Assembly: GCA_964449435.1 (NCBI GenBank)
Contig: CAYUYR010000004.1
Location: 20,059 to 84,058, forward strand
Source: an uncultured Planctomycetaceae bacterium
GTDB lineage: Bacteria > Planctomycetota > Phycisphaerae > Sedimentisphaerales > UBA12454
Length of the DNA: 64,000 bases
Direction of reading: 5' to 3'
Part shown: positions 47,234 through 57,790 of the stretch, piece after piece
How the letters are laid out: each line of letters opens with the position of its first letter
Position numbering within the stretch: the first letter of the stretch is position 1
Program-made: the position numbers and the translations under genes
Notes under the pieces: generated by a model
What the model was told of the DNA's origin: nothing
The model's input: only the letters and a program-made list of their open reading frames with translations
The model's database searches: none

Positions 47234-48898
47234 TTATTTGACTATATAAACATAGTATATGTCAGGGTCAACTGTGCCGACAACATAAGGCAGCGGCCCG
47301 TACATATCCGTATAAAATCCTGCCCCCAACCGGTGATTCATAACTCCCAGTCTGCGAAATGGCGTAAAATGAAAAACTTCACCGATATATGCCGTTTCTT
47401 CCGATACAAACCTGATATTGCTATTATTCAAAGGTACAATAATTATATCCGCCTGTGCAATTTGGGAATGTTTAAAGTCTAACGCCTTGCCGCCTGCGGC
47501 CTCCATATAATACTGAAATCCCCAGTGCCCCTGAAACCAGACCGTTTGGCCGCTGTTTGCCGGCGGTTTACAAATGCTTTCTGCCGCAGAACGCATAGAA
47601 CCTGCCCAACTGTAATCTGCCCAGCAAACAAGCAGCGCAACAATAGCCGCCGGAATCAGCGGCCAATATAATTTCCGTGTATCCGCGCGTTTGGCTGTTT
47701 TTCTGCCGGTTCGGTCAAGCTGACGAATCATCAGAATACCGACAGCAGGAATCATCGGAAGGATACTGCGGGCGTTGCCTGACCAGTTTATGAAAGCGGC
47801 AAAAATAAAAGTGCCGATTACCCAACAAAGCAGAAGTATAGATTCAGCATTTCTGGTTTTCCAGAAATCCGCACCCGTGAGCCAGAGGATACTAACTCCT
47901 GCCGCAGCCATTAAACCGGCCTGAATAAGAAAACCCCATTTGTCATCGCCGATATTTGTTATGGAAAATTTATCTACTTTTCCCATAAAATTAAGGATAA
48001 GCATAAATAAAAATATAATAACAGCCGCTCTGATTAGAACCCTTTTCGACCAAAGAATCGGAGCATAGAACATCGCAGATATTATGCATCCTCCGGCGAA
48101 GAACAAACCGGTTAAACTTCTGTACAGCCATTGCACATCCTGTCTCGGATTATAGTTGGCAGCGTACTCGGCCGCATCTGAAAGCAAACCTCGGCCGTAA
48201 AGATTATAAGTCAGCCATTGGTACCCTGCCAAAATCGCTGCCGGTATCAGTAAGAACAACACCCAGTTTCCCAGACCTCGTTTTTTGAAAATTGAGTAGA
48301 CAAACAGCAACGGTAATAAGGCCATACCGAAATATTTTGTTAAGGAACAAACCGCAATTAATACCGCGGCAAAGAATAGATTTAAAAAATTACTCTTTTC
48401 TATCCCCTGCATCCAGAGAAATATCGCCCAGAGCCAAAACGCCAACATCATCGTATCACACATTATATTAGTGCCGGAGACGAGAAAGCCCGGCGTTAAT
48501 ACGGCCGCTAATGTCGCCAATACAGGTCTCGAACAAAGTTTTTCCGCCAGATAATAAGTCCCCAAGGCCGCTGCCGCAGCGGGTATAAGAAAGGCTAAGT
48601 GTAAAGCGATTTCACTCCAGCCGAATAACCACGCTGCTAAAGCAATATAATAACCGGCAATCGGCGGATTTTTGGTAACCACCGACATCGGGGTCTCCGT
48701 GCCATACCAATTAACAGTAAAACCATAGAAATCGACAGGATTTGCTTGAATCTGTTTCGCCGCCCAGAGAAACAAAGTGTCGTCTATATGAAATGCCTTA
48801 TTTATAAACGGAGCCAAACACAAAACTGTGACAGCCGCTGCAAATATCGGCGCTTTATGAGCGTATATTCCAGCAATAACTTTTTTATCTTTCAGCAT
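47234..48898 (-). CDS. GT39/ArnT-like membrane glycosyltransferase
   Basis: FHIDD, KNPP, multiple TM helices. Confidence 0.8.
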   Translation of the reverse strand: MLKDKKVIAGIYAHKAPIFAAAVTVLCLAPFINKAFHIDDTLFLWAAKQIQANPVDFYGFTVNWYGTETPMSVVTKNPPIAGYYIALAAWLFGWSEIALHLAFLIPAAAAALGTYYLAEKLCSRPVLATLAAVLTPGFLVSGTNIMCDTMMLAFWLWAIFLWMQGIEKSNFLNLFFAAVLIAVCSLTKYFGMALLPLLFVYSIFKKRGLGNWVLFLLIPAAILAGYQWLTYNLYGRGLLSDAAEYAANYNPRQDVQWLYRSLTGLFFAGGCIISAMFYAPILWSKRVLIRAAVIIFLFMLILNFMGKVDKFSITNIGDDKWGFLIQAGLMAAAGVSILWLTGADFWKTRNAESILLLCWVIGTFIFAAFINWSGNARSILPMIPAVGILMIRQLDRTGRKTAKRADTRKLYWPLIPAAIVALLVCWADYSWAGSMRSAAESICKPPANSGQTVWFQGHWGFQYYMEAAGGKALDFKHSQIAQADIIIVPLNNSNIRFVSEETAYIGEVFHFTPFRRLGVMNHRLGAGFYTDMYGPLPYVVGTVDPDIYYVYIVK

Positions 48899-48916
48899 AA
48901 CGCTGTATCCGAATAA

Positions 48917-49804
48917 TTATAATAATGCCGTACTGAAATATCTCTCGGCTCTGTCGGGCAGAACAGTCGCTATATTACCTTTATATTTTTTCGCAAGCTG
49001 CCGGGCCGCCCATATATTCGCTCCGGAAGAAATCCCCACAAGCAGACCGTAATTAGTGCCTAACTGTTTCGTTGTATCAATCGCATCGTCGTCCGTAACT
49101 TCGAGCACTTCGTCCACAAGCGAGACGTCCAGCACAGCAGGGATAAAACCGTCGCCTATGCCCTGAATCTGGTGAAGGCCTGGCTCGTGCCCCAAAAGCG
49201 CACTGACGTTTTTTGGCTCAACGGCTACGATTCTAATGTCTTTTTTGTGCTCCTTCAGAAATTTGCCAACGCCCTGCAATGTCCCGCCGCTGCCGACACC
49301 CGCTACAAAACAAGTTATATCTCCGCCCATTTGCCGCCATAGTTCGACCGCCGTCTGCTCATAATGAACACGAGGATTGTCAGGATTTTCGAATTGCTGC
49401 GGAACAAAGACTCGCTTGTCTCCTGCGGCCATCTGCTCTACTTTTTCGACTGAACCTGTGATACCGCCTTGGGCAGAAGTCAAAATCAATTCGGCACCGA
49501 GGGCCTTTATAAGTTTCTTTCTTTCCTCGCTCATATTTTCAGGCATAACGATTTTGACCTTATAGCCTTTTATTCTGCCGACAAGAGCAATTCCGATACC
49601 CGTATTTCCACTCGTTGGTTCGACAATTACAGAATCGGGTTTTAGTCTTCCATCTCGCTCTGCGCCTTCGAGCATCGAAAGAGCGACTCTGTCCTTTATG
49701 CTGCCGCCCGGATTGAGAAATTCAGCCTTGGCGTAAACGTTTTCATTTTTTAGCCTTATCAGAGGCGTGCTGCCTATTAAATCGAGTATGTTGTCGGTAA
49801 GCAT
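48917..49804 (-). CDS. cysK: Cysteine synthase
   Basis: NPGGSIKDR, EPTSGNTG, GVGSGGT, HQIQGIG. Confidence 0.93.
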   Translation of the reverse strand: MLTDNILDLIGSTPLIRLKNENVYAKAEFLNPGGSIKDRVALSMLEGAERDGRLKPDSVIVEPTSGNTGIGIALVGRIKGYKVKIVMPENMSEERKKLIKALGAELILTSAQGGITGSVEKVEQMAAGDKRVFVPQQFENPDNPRVHYEQTAVELWRQMGGDITCFVAGVGSGGTLQGVGKFLKEHKKDIRIVAVEPKNVSALLGHEPGLHQIQGIGDGFIPAVLDVSLVDEVLEVTDDDAIDTTKQLGTNYGLLVGISSGANIWAARQLAKKYKGNIATVLPDRAERYFSTALL

Positions 49805-50140
49805 ATTATTGGTGTTGCCTGAATTTTAAGGCAACACAATATCGTCTTTTTAAAGAGGCGTCAAATACTTTTATACCGGCAAATATAAATTTACATCCCC
49901 GCCGAGGAATGCTGGCAATAGAAAAGACTTAGGTAAATTAAAAGCCAACCATTGCGAACAGTTCCACATTTGACACAGCGCCAGCTTGAAGACAGAAGAC
50001 AGAGCCAGATAAAAACTTTATTGGCCGGTTCTTGACTTATTGCCTTTTACACTCAAAGGACAAATAAACCAGTACCTCTTACCACTAAAATTGCATTGTG
50101 TTGTTGTCAAAGCCACTTTGTAATCGTAGTCTGTCTTATT

Positions 50141-50205
50141 GCTGTATCGGCTGGGAAGAAAAAGAGGAGCTTATCGGCATTTTTGCCGATGCTGTAAAAC
50201 TATAA
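50141..50205 (+). repeat. Orphan duplicate of the DAHP synthase 3' end
   Basis: 59/65 nt identical to 47134-47198, including the stop codon. Confidence 0.9.
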
Positions 50206-50255
50206 AAGTGCGGTGATGAGACATCCAACCAACCCAAAAATATCTTATTTTCTTC

Positions 50256-50314
50256 TTGACATACCGCTTATTTATGGTATAATCTATCACATAATGGGGT
50301 GGGAGAAGAAAACA
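50256..50314 (+). promoter_or_regulatory. sigma70 promoter plus leader motif of a PEP-CTERM cluster
   Basis: TTGACA-16-TATAAT then TGGGGTGGGAGAAGAAAAC. Confidence 0.55.
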
Positions 50315-50635
50315 CATTAGGGAAGCAGGAAGAAAACGCGTACCGGAGGCAGTCGGTTTTTGCGCGTTTTTCTGCATTTACCGCTGATTTGGAGAAAACA
50401 CCAGGGTTTTTTTGGCGCTGATTCTGTGCGCTTTGCGAGCCTTGTGCTGTTTGAAAACCTGATTATTGGCTCATCTGATTTTCATCCGGCTTAATCTGAA
50501 TTTATTGGGCAGGTTTCTATATAAAGTTGGGCTCATTTTGGAGAAGGAAAACAGGGGGTAGGCGAAGACGGCGTTGCCGAAAAGGACTTTTGGAGAAGTC
50601 CTCGGAGGTTTGAAAAGGAAAGAAGTTAATAAGTT

Positions 50636-51415
50636 TTGAGGTATGAGAAGATGTTGACTGTACAGGGAGTATGTAGAAGAAATTGTACAGACATTCCCCG
50701 TCTTTATTTCCGCACTCTCATTTTGCTCGCGATGACGTTGTTTTTTATCCAGTTGGCCCAGCCTGTATTTAATTCGGGTGATGCGCAGGCTACTGTTTAC
50801 TGGACCAACAGCAGCGGCACTGCCGACGGCTTTAGCTGGGCAAACGGCGGAAGCGACAAAGGCCTTTTCGGCGACCCCACTCTTGTCGGCGGAAACACGC
50901 TCGTATTCTCACCGTCGAACTTCAGAGCCGAATCTTCGGACGGAGATTCTGCTTTTCTATCGGACAGGCTCGAAATCGAACTAATCGCACATTCAGGCTA
51001 TTACTTCCAGAGCATCACTGTCCTCGAAAACGGCGATTATGAAATTCTCGGCACCGGCTCTGTCGATGTTTTGGGCAGTTTATCCGTCGAAAACCTTTAT
51101 ACTTCGAGCGTCTTAAACAACAGCCTGCAAGTTACTCCTTTAATGCCCGTAATCGGAGAAGAAGACTATATATATGATATATGGTCTGCATCAACTCAGG
51201 TTGGTACTAATTCGACGGACTGGACATATCTGAAAATCGTTCTGCAAAACGATTTTATCACAATCACCTGTCCAGACGGCTCAATCGCATGGATACAAAA
51301 AAAAGATGTCGGCAACACCATTTCTATCCAGATGATTCCCGAACCGGCAACAAATCGGATTGTTGGCTTTAGGTTCGTTAGTTTTCATAGGAAAGAAAAA
51401 ATAACAAAACTTTAG
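50636..51415 (+). CDS. PEP-CTERM-family protein with a frameshifted membrane anchor
   Basis: Paralog of 34866; IPEPAT followed by a non-hydrophobic tail; the canonical anchor is in the +1 frame; start codon uncertain. Confidence 0.8.
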   Translation: MRYEKMLTVQGVCRRNCTDIPRLYFRTLILLAMTLFFIQLAQPVFNSGDAQATVYWTNSSGTADGFSWANGGSDKGLFGDPTLVGGNTLVFSPSNFRAESSDGDSAFLSDRLEIELIAHSGYYFQSITVLENGDYEILGTGSVDVLGSLSVENLYTSSVLNNSLQVTPLMPVIGEEDYIYDIWSASTQVGTNSTDWTYLKIVLQNDFITITCPDGSIAWIQKKDVGNTISIQMIPEPATNRIVGFRFVSFHRKEKITKL

Positions 51416-51430
51416 AAAGGAGAACGGATT

Positions 51431-52231
51431 ATGAAAAAACTAATTTTAACGAGCTTGTGTATGATGTTCATCGCCTGCACCGTGCAGGCAGCCCTCGACA
51501 TTGATGCGATAGTCATCACTTCCTGCAAGAGTTATCACAACGGTACAGCAGATTCCAACCCCTGGCTTCTCGAGATATGGGTGGATTTTGTTGATGAATC
51601 CGGCCTTGAACACATTGACGTAACCCGGCCCGGGGATTCGACGCCGTTTACGTCCATTTACTACCAAGAAGACGAGGGCTGGTCTTACGACTCGCCGACA
51701 GATTATATCTCCCTTTCGGCTTTACAGGCCGACTATGCAACCGGCAACTATACTTTCGATTTTATCGACGCCGGCGACACACTGCTCAACTCCGTAACGC
51801 TGGACTACAGCGGAATTACAGAGCCGTTAAACCCGGTCAATTTCACATATCCCGCTCATGGCGCAACGGATGTCCCTCTCGATCCAACGTTAACCTGGAC
51901 TATAGACCCCAACGACGGAGACGCCTTGGCTATGTGGCTGGACAGTGATGATGATTGGTACGAGAATGTTCCTGCCTCAATGGATGAAGATTCGTGGCAG
52001 CCCGGCCATCTGAAGCCTAATCATACCTACGGATTTGAGCTCTCGGTCATCAACGCCAAGGACATCCAATACGGACCTGCTCTTCCTACTATGACTGTCG
52101 GCAGCGATGAGTTCAAATACGGCCTTTGGATTGAATATCTCAACGAGATGGAGTTTACCACAATCCCCGAACCGGCAACAATTTGCCTCTTCGGACTCGG
52201 CGCTTTGGGGCTTATTCGCAGAAAAAAATAA
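51431..52231 (+). CDS. PEP-CTERM sorting domain protein
   Basis: Signal peptide; IPEPATICLFGLGALGLIRRKK. Confidence 0.9.
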   Translation: MKKLILTSLCMMFIACTVQAALDIDAIVITSCKSYHNGTADSNPWLLEIWVDFVDESGLEHIDVTRPGDSTPFTSIYYQEDEGWSYDSPTDYISLSALQADYATGNYTFDFIDAGDTLLNSVTLDYSGITEPLNPVNFTYPAHGATDVPLDPTLTWTIDPNDGDALAMWLDSDDDWYENVPASMDEDSWQPGHLKPNHTYGFELSVINAKDIQYGPALPTMTVGSDEFKYGLWIEYLNEMEFTTIPEPATICLFGLGALGLIRRKK

Positions 52232-52295
52232 AGGAGTCTAACCATAACCCGGCAGGGTCATAATTATAACCCCGCCGAATTGTGGAGAAGAAAAA

Positions 52296-53003
52296 ATGAT
52301 GAGAAGAAGATTAAAAGAATACGTTTTGGTTTTATCGATGGTTTGTGCGTTTAATGCTATGGCTTGTGCTGAAATGATATACAATTTTGATATTTTTAAC
52401 AACCCGGCATACGAAAACGATTCAAGGCTCAGCTTCACTATGACCGTCAGCGACGAAGGTCTGAACTATGACGGCAGACAAAAAGCAGGCTTTACGTTTA
52501 ACAACAACAGCACGGCATCCTCGTCAATCACCGACATCTATTTTGACTCACGCCCCGGCGACAGCGCCCTGAATTTCCACTACGTTTCGAGCATCGAGGG
52601 CCCGGGCGTCAATTTCAGTAAAAACGCAAGCCCTAAATCTCTGCCCGGAGGCCAGGAACTCTTCCCGACATTCGACAAAACCCCGGAATACAGCGTAGAT
52701 TCCGATCGGCCCGTCTCTCACAACGGCATAAACCCGAACGAATGGCTGAAGCTCGTTTTCACACTCAATTATAATAAAACTATTGATGATATTATTCTCG
52801 AAATCTCAAACGGCTCAAGTTCCAGCCTGCAAAGTCTTCGGGTAGGTATTCGTATTCAGTCTCTGCCCGGCCCCTGCGACGACAGCGCTTCGGCTATCAA
52901 TTGCACAGAGCCGATTCCAGAACCCGCCTCCGCAGCAGTCCTCGCATTAGGATTAGTAATAATGTTAAGAAAAAACAATAAAGCGGCGGCATTTATCGCC
53001 TAA
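52296..53003 (+). CDS. PEP-CTERM sorting domain protein
   Basis: Signal peptide; IPEPASAAVLALGLVIMLRK. Confidence 0.88.
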   Translation: MMRRRLKEYVLVLSMVCAFNAMACAEMIYNFDIFNNPAYENDSRLSFTMTVSDEGLNYDGRQKAGFTFNNNSTASSSITDIYFDSRPGDSALNFHYVSSIEGPGVNFSKNASPKSLPGGQELFPTFDKTPEYSVDSDRPVSHNGINPNEWLKLVFTLNYNKTIDDIILEISNGSSSSLQSLRVGIRIQSLPGPCDDSASAINCTEPIPEPASAAVLALGLVIMLRKNNKAAAFIA

Positions 53004-53173
53004 CCGCTTTGTTTTAAAGGTGTTATAAACGTTAAATCACACCGTTCGGCAGGGTCGCACCTTTCAAAAGATGCAGCCTTTTTCGCTTATTCATAACCTC
53101 TGCATCAATTCATACTTACAGCCGTTAAATCTTCTGGATTTTAGGCGCGTTTAACAATAAAATTAGTCCTGAT

Positions 53174-54910
53174 ATGGATATCGTTTACAAAAATAAAAAG
53201 CTCGAACGGCTGCTGATTTTTACGAACCTTGCCGTTACCGTCGTCGTTATAGCGGCGACACTGTTAAAATTGGGGTTTTACAAGCGGCTCCTTTCCGACA
53301 ATCAGTTGTATTCGCTCCTTATCGCTGCGGCCTTTTTCTTTATAGCGGAAAAACTCGTAAGGTTTCTCAACGCACGTTCCAAAAAAGACTATCTGATTTT
53401 CTGCTGGTTCGAGTTTATCTTCATAATCCTGTTCGTACTGCTCTGCTTCTCAGCGGGCCCTGTATGGGCGCTGGGCATTTATCTGATTTTGCAGATTATT
53501 ACAAAAGTATGCAGGACAATGGTAAATCTCGCCGCTTCAGGCAAAAGCCCCGCTCTAACATTTGTCGGCTCTTTCATAGTTATCATTCTCACCGGCTCAG
53601 TCCTCCTGATGCTGCCGAGAAGCTATAAAACCGAACAGATGACTTTCACAGACGCCCTGTTCACCGCCACAAGCGCAACCTGCGTAACAGGACTTACCGT
53701 AAAGGATACCGGCACAGATTTTACCGTTCTCGGCCAGACTGTAATTCTTGCGCTCATCCAGCTTGGCGGCTTGGGCATCGTTATTTTCGGCGCGGTTTTC
53801 AGCCTGCTCTTCGGCCAGGCCCTAAATGTCAGACAGTCCGTCGCTATGCAGGACCTTTTAAGCGCACAAACCGTCAATAAAATAGCTCATATTATCGCCT
53901 TTATCTTTATAACCGTCGTCGTAATCGAAGGGTTAGGCGCTTTAATCCTGTATAATATGTGGGATTCCTACGCCCCGCTGCCCGGCCATATCCACAGCAA
54001 ATGGTTCTGCTCGATTTTCCATTCTGTCAGCACTTTTTGCAATGCGGGACTTAGCCTGTTTTCCGACAGTTACACGGGCTTTAAAACAAATTGGCGTATT
54101 TACTCGGTTATCTGTCCTATGATTATCATTGGCGGCCTCGGTTTCGGAGTGCTTTTTAATCTCGTAAATGTTCTTGTCGATAAAATCAGATTTCTTACAA
54201 ACAGATTTCGGCCTTATGAAAAACGTCATTTTAAAACCCCTGTCCGAATCAGTCTCCAGACAAAAATAGTCCTTACCATAACTTTGGTGCTTGTTGTCTG
54301 CGGCACAGCAGGCATACTCACAATCCAGAACAATACCGGAAATCATAAAATAGATCTCGGCGACGCTTTCTTCCAGTCCGTTGCCGCCAGAACGGCAGGT
54401 TTTAACACTATTGAAATTAAATCGCTTTCTACACCTGCGAAAATGGTCTTGATGCTCCTTATGTTCATCGGCGGCTCGCCGGGCGGAACCGCAGGCGGCA
54501 TCAAAACCGTTACTTTCGTCGTGATTGTTATGGCAGTCTATGCCACTATACGAAAAAGAAACGAAGTCGAAATCTTCAAACGATGTGTGCCTTTGGTAAT
54601 GGTCGGAAAGGCTCTCACCGTCATATTGCTTTTCGCGGTTTTGTTTTTCACCTCCGCCTTTTTGCTGACCATAACCGAAAGGCACAGCAATTTCGGAACT
54701 TCAGCGATAGCTTTCGAGACCGCTTCTGCCCTCGGCACTGTCGGGCTGAGCTGCTCAATTACATCGTCTTTGACAACCGCAGGAAAAATAATTATCATTA
54801 TTACTATGTTCATCGGCAGGCTCGGAGCGCTGTCCCTGCTGGCCGCTTTGACTTTTAATATAACGCCGGCCCGTTTCAATTATCCGACTGAATCGCTGGC
54901 CGTAGGATAA
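53174..54910 (+). CDS. trkH: Trk/Ktr K+ uptake membrane subunit
   Basis: SATCVTGL, FCNAG, RTAGF, GTVGL pore loops. Confidence 0.9.
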   Translation: MDIVYKNKKLERLLIFTNLAVTVVVIAATLLKLGFYKRLLSDNQLYSLLIAAAFFFIAEKLVRFLNARSKKDYLIFCWFEFIFIILFVLLCFSAGPVWALGIYLILQIITKVCRTMVNLAASGKSPALTFVGSFIVIILTGSVLLMLPRSYKTEQMTFTDALFTATSATCVTGLTVKDTGTDFTVLGQTVILALIQLGGLGIVIFGAVFSLLFGQALNVRQSVAMQDLLSAQTVNKIAHIIAFIFITVVVIEGLGALILYNMWDSYAPLPGHIHSKWFCSIFHSVSTFCNAGLSLFSDSYTGFKTNWRIYSVICPMIIIGGLGFGVLFNLVNVLVDKIRFLTNRFRPYEKRHFKTPVRISLQTKIVLTITLVLVVCGTAGILTIQNNTGNHKIDLGDAFFQSVAARTAGFNTIEIKSLSTPAKMVLMLLMFIGGSPGGTAGGIKTVTFVVIVMAVYATIRKRNEVEIFKRCVPLVMVGKALTVILLFAVLFFTSAFLLTITERHSNFGTSAIAFETASALGTVGLSCSITSSLTTAGKIIIIITMFIGRLGALSLLAALTFNITPARFNYPTESLAVG

Positions 54911-54983
54911 AAATCGAATATTTCACGTTCAGCGTAAAGACATTAAATTTGCGTTTTTTAAAATAGTTTTATAAAATATCACA

Positions 54984-56033
54984 ATGATGAATTCCTGGAA
55001 CGATGTCATTCCGCTCGTCTGGCTCTCGGTCATCGCGGTTATCGCGTGGCTCATCGGACATTTCCTTGTATTCAGATTGCTTATGAAAATCGCAACTCGT
55101 ACCAAAACCAGATTTGACGAGTCTTTTCTAAAGCACTGTTTCGCCCCTTCGCTATGGGCAGTCATCTTGCTGGCATATCGCTGGTTTCTGCCGTTAACTG
55201 CGCCTGAAAATTATGTCGAGGCAGTCGCCCGTATCATCAGCATCGCTTTTACCGTAACAATTTCATGGCTGTTTATAAAACTCACTTACATCCTTGACGA
55301 TTTTGTTTTCGATAAATTTGCCATAGACACGAAAGACAACTTAAAGGCGCGTAAAATCCGCACCCAGCTCGGCGTGCTCAAACGGATTGTCATAGCTGTC
55401 GTATTGATTGTGGCAATCGGGACTATGCTGATGTCTTTTGAAAAGGTTCGACAGCTCGGCGGCGCGATTTTGGCTTCCGCCGGAATCATCGGCATCGTCG
55501 TCGGAATTGCCGCTCAAAAAACCATCGGAACTTTCATAGCCGGCCTGCAGATTGCTTTCACCCAGCCCATTCGCCTCGACGACGTCGTAATTGTCGAAAA
55601 CGAATGGGGCAGAATCGAGGAGATAACCTTAACCTATGTTGTCGTTAAAATATGGGACTTAAGACGGCTGATTGTCCCCATAACTTATTTCATTGAAAAA
55701 CCGTTCCAGAACTGGACACGCGTAACCGCCGATATTCTCGGAACCGTCTTTATATATGTCGATTATACCGTACCCATCGAAGAAATCAGAAAGCATCTTC
55801 ATACCATTCTTCAGGACTCGAAGCTTTGGGACGAAAAGGTTTGCGTCCTTCAGGTAACGAATACTACGGAAAAAACCATTGAGCTCAGAGCGCTAATGAG
55901 TGCCGCGGACGCATCGACCGCCTGGAGTCTTCGATGTTATGTCAGGGAAAAACTTATCGAATTTATCAAGGACAATTATCCCCAAAGTCTTCCGAGATTT
56001 CGTGCTTCTGTTGAAAAACCCGAAAATCCGTAA
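54984..56033 (+). CDS. MscS-family mechanosensitive channel
   Basis: ASAGIIGIVVGIAAQ; GRIEEITLTY. Confidence 0.9.
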   Translation: MMNSWNDVIPLVWLSVIAVIAWLIGHFLVFRLLMKIATRTKTRFDESFLKHCFAPSLWAVILLAYRWFLPLTAPENYVEAVARIISIAFTVTISWLFIKLTYILDDFVFDKFAIDTKDNLKARKIRTQLGVLKRIVIAVVLIVAIGTMLMSFEKVRQLGGAILASAGIIGIVVGIAAQKTIGTFIAGLQIAFTQPIRLDDVVIVENEWGRIEEITLTYVVVKIWDLRRLIVPITYFIEKPFQNWTRVTADILGTVFIYVDYTVPIEEIRKHLHTILQDSKLWDEKVCVLQVTNTTEKTIELRALMSAADASTAWSLRCYVREKLIEFIKDNYPQSLPRFRASVEKPENP

Positions 56034-56054
56034 ATAATTTAAAAAAGGACTGAT

Positions 56055-56732
56055 ATGAAAAAATTCGCTGTAATAGGTCTTGGCAGATTCGGAAGAAAGC
56101 TCGCCGTCGCTCTTACTATGAGCGAGGCCGAGGTAATTGCAATCGACCAGAACAGGGATATAATCGACGAAATCCGAGACGAAGTAACCCACGCCGTCCG
56201 CATCGACAGTACCGACGAAGATGCGCTTCGGGCACAGGGCATCAATAAAGTCGATGTCGCAATCGTCGGCATAGGTCAGGGAGGCCGAAGTTTCGAATCT
56301 TCGATACTAACCGTCGTCAATTTAAAAACTCTCGGCGTACCGTTGGTTTACGCCCGCGCCGAAAGCACCACTCAGGGCCAGGTTCTCGAAAAAATCGGAG
56401 CTACTGAGGTGATTTATCCTGAAATAGAATCCGCGCAGAAATGGGCGTATAGGCTCATCGCACCGCAGATAACGGAAAAAATCGATTTCGCGCCCGGCTA
56501 TTCCATCGCCAGCGTTATCGCAACGGCAAGTTTCCACGAAAAAACTGTGCTTGATTTGCAGCTTCGCCAGAAATACCGTATTAACCTTGTTTCTATAAAA
56601 CGGGGTGAAAAAGCCGTCAGGGAAAAAGGCGAAATAATTAATGTTCCGCTTCCTGATACCGTGATTTATCAGGGCGATACCTTAATGGTCGCAGGTTCGG
56701 ACGTGGACTTGGCTAAATTACCTGCGGAATAA
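56055..56732 (+). CDS. trkA: TrkA/KtrA RCK subunit
   Basis: VIGLGRFG; TrkA_C domain. Confidence 0.9.
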   Translation: MKKFAVIGLGRFGRKLAVALTMSEAEVIAIDQNRDIIDEIRDEVTHAVRIDSTDEDALRAQGINKVDVAIVGIGQGGRSFESSILTVVNLKTLGVPLVYARAESTTQGQVLEKIGATEVIYPEIESAQKWAYRLIAPQITEKIDFAPGYSIASVIATASFHEKTVLDLQLRQKYRINLVSIKRGEKAVREKGEIINVPLPDTVIYQGDTLMVAGSDVDLAKLPAE

Positions 56733-56737
56733 AAACT

Positions 56738-57784
56738 TTAGTCGGGCATCTTCCTGAACTTCCGCAGCTCTTCAAGCATTTGCTGCATATCGTCGGCCAG
56801 CGGAGCCTCGAATTTCATCAAGTTCCCCGTTTGAGGATGCGTAATTTCGAGCTGCCAGGCGTGCAGTGCCGGTCTGGCGAACAGAGGCTCTTGCGGCATC
56901 GCCTCTTTGTCTTCAATCTGCCAGCGATAGACTAATCTTCCGCCGTACATCTCATCGCCGACTATTGGGTGCTTGATATACGACATATGGACGCGGATTT
57001 GATGTGTCCTGCCCGTCTTGATATTCACTTTCAGAAGCGTATAACCCCTGAATTTCTCGATGACTTCGTAGAAAGTTATGGCCTCTTTGCCAATCATCGG
57101 CAGAACCGCGAACTTTTCGCGTATTCTCGGATGAACCCCCAGCGGCTTATTTATACAATCGGCGTGAAGATCCGGCGTGCCGTGTACGAGCGCAAGATAA
57201 TATTTTTTGGTCTTTCGCGCCTCGAACTGTCTTGCCAGCCGCCAGTGCGCCGTCTCGTTTTTAGCAACTACAAGAACGCCCGTCGTATTGCGGTCGAGCC
57301 TGTGAACGATTCCCGGCCGGAAATCCTCGCTGCCTTTCGAGAGCTTTTTGGCGTGATACGCAAGAGCGTTTATCAGCGTCCCTGTTTTATAACCCCTCGC
57401 AGGATGAACAATCAAATCAGCTTGTTTATTGATAACAAGAATATCGTCGTCTTCGTAAATAATATTCAGCGGTATATCTTCGGGAATAAATTCTTTGCTT
57501 GGCGGCGGAGGCAAAATCACATCGACAACATCGCCCGGCGAAATCTTCGTGCTCGGCTTGGCGTATTTGCCGTTGATTTTCACCGCCTGCTCGATAATTA
57601 GTTTTTGAAGAACTGTCCTGCTGAAATTGCTCAATCTGCCGCCGAGATATTTATCGACTCTGCGATTTGTGATATTGCTGCCTACCCGAAGGCTGATATG
57701 TTCGGCCCCTTCGGTTTCATCCGCCGAATTTAGACCGTTTTCCTGGTTTAAATCTGTCGGCTCATTGAGTTTTTCGTCAGCCAT
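56738..57784 (-). CDS. RluA-family pseudouridine synthase (RluD-like)
   Basis: S4 domain; HRLDRNTTG; TGRTHQIRVH. Confidence 0.92.
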   Translation of the reverse strand: MADEKLNEPTDLNQENGLNSADETEGAEHISLRVGSNITNRRVDKYLGGRLSNFSRTVLQKLIIEQAVKINGKYAKPSTKISPGDVVDVILPPPPSKEFIPEDIPLNIIYEDDDILVINKQADLIVHPARGYKTGTLINALAYHAKKLSKGSEDFRPGIVHRLDRNTTGVLVVAKNETAHWRLARQFEARKTKKYYLALVHGTPDLHADCINKPLGVHPRIREKFAVLPMIGKEAITFYEVIEKFRGYTLLKVNIKTGRTHQIRVHMSYIKHPIVGDEMYGGRLVYRWQIEDKEAMPQEPLFARPALHAWQLEITHPQTGNLMKFEAPLADDMQQMLEELRKFRKMPD

Positions 57785-57790
57785 TGCGGG

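Noticed and set aside
52250-53056. CGGCAGGGTC after two consecutive PEP-CTERM genes
   Set aside because: 10-bp match with dissimilar downstream arms; too weak to call a repeat family.
53174-56732. mscS between trkH and trkA as an insertion
   Set aside because: No flanking duplication or compositional shift; a plausible ordinary osmoregulation operon.
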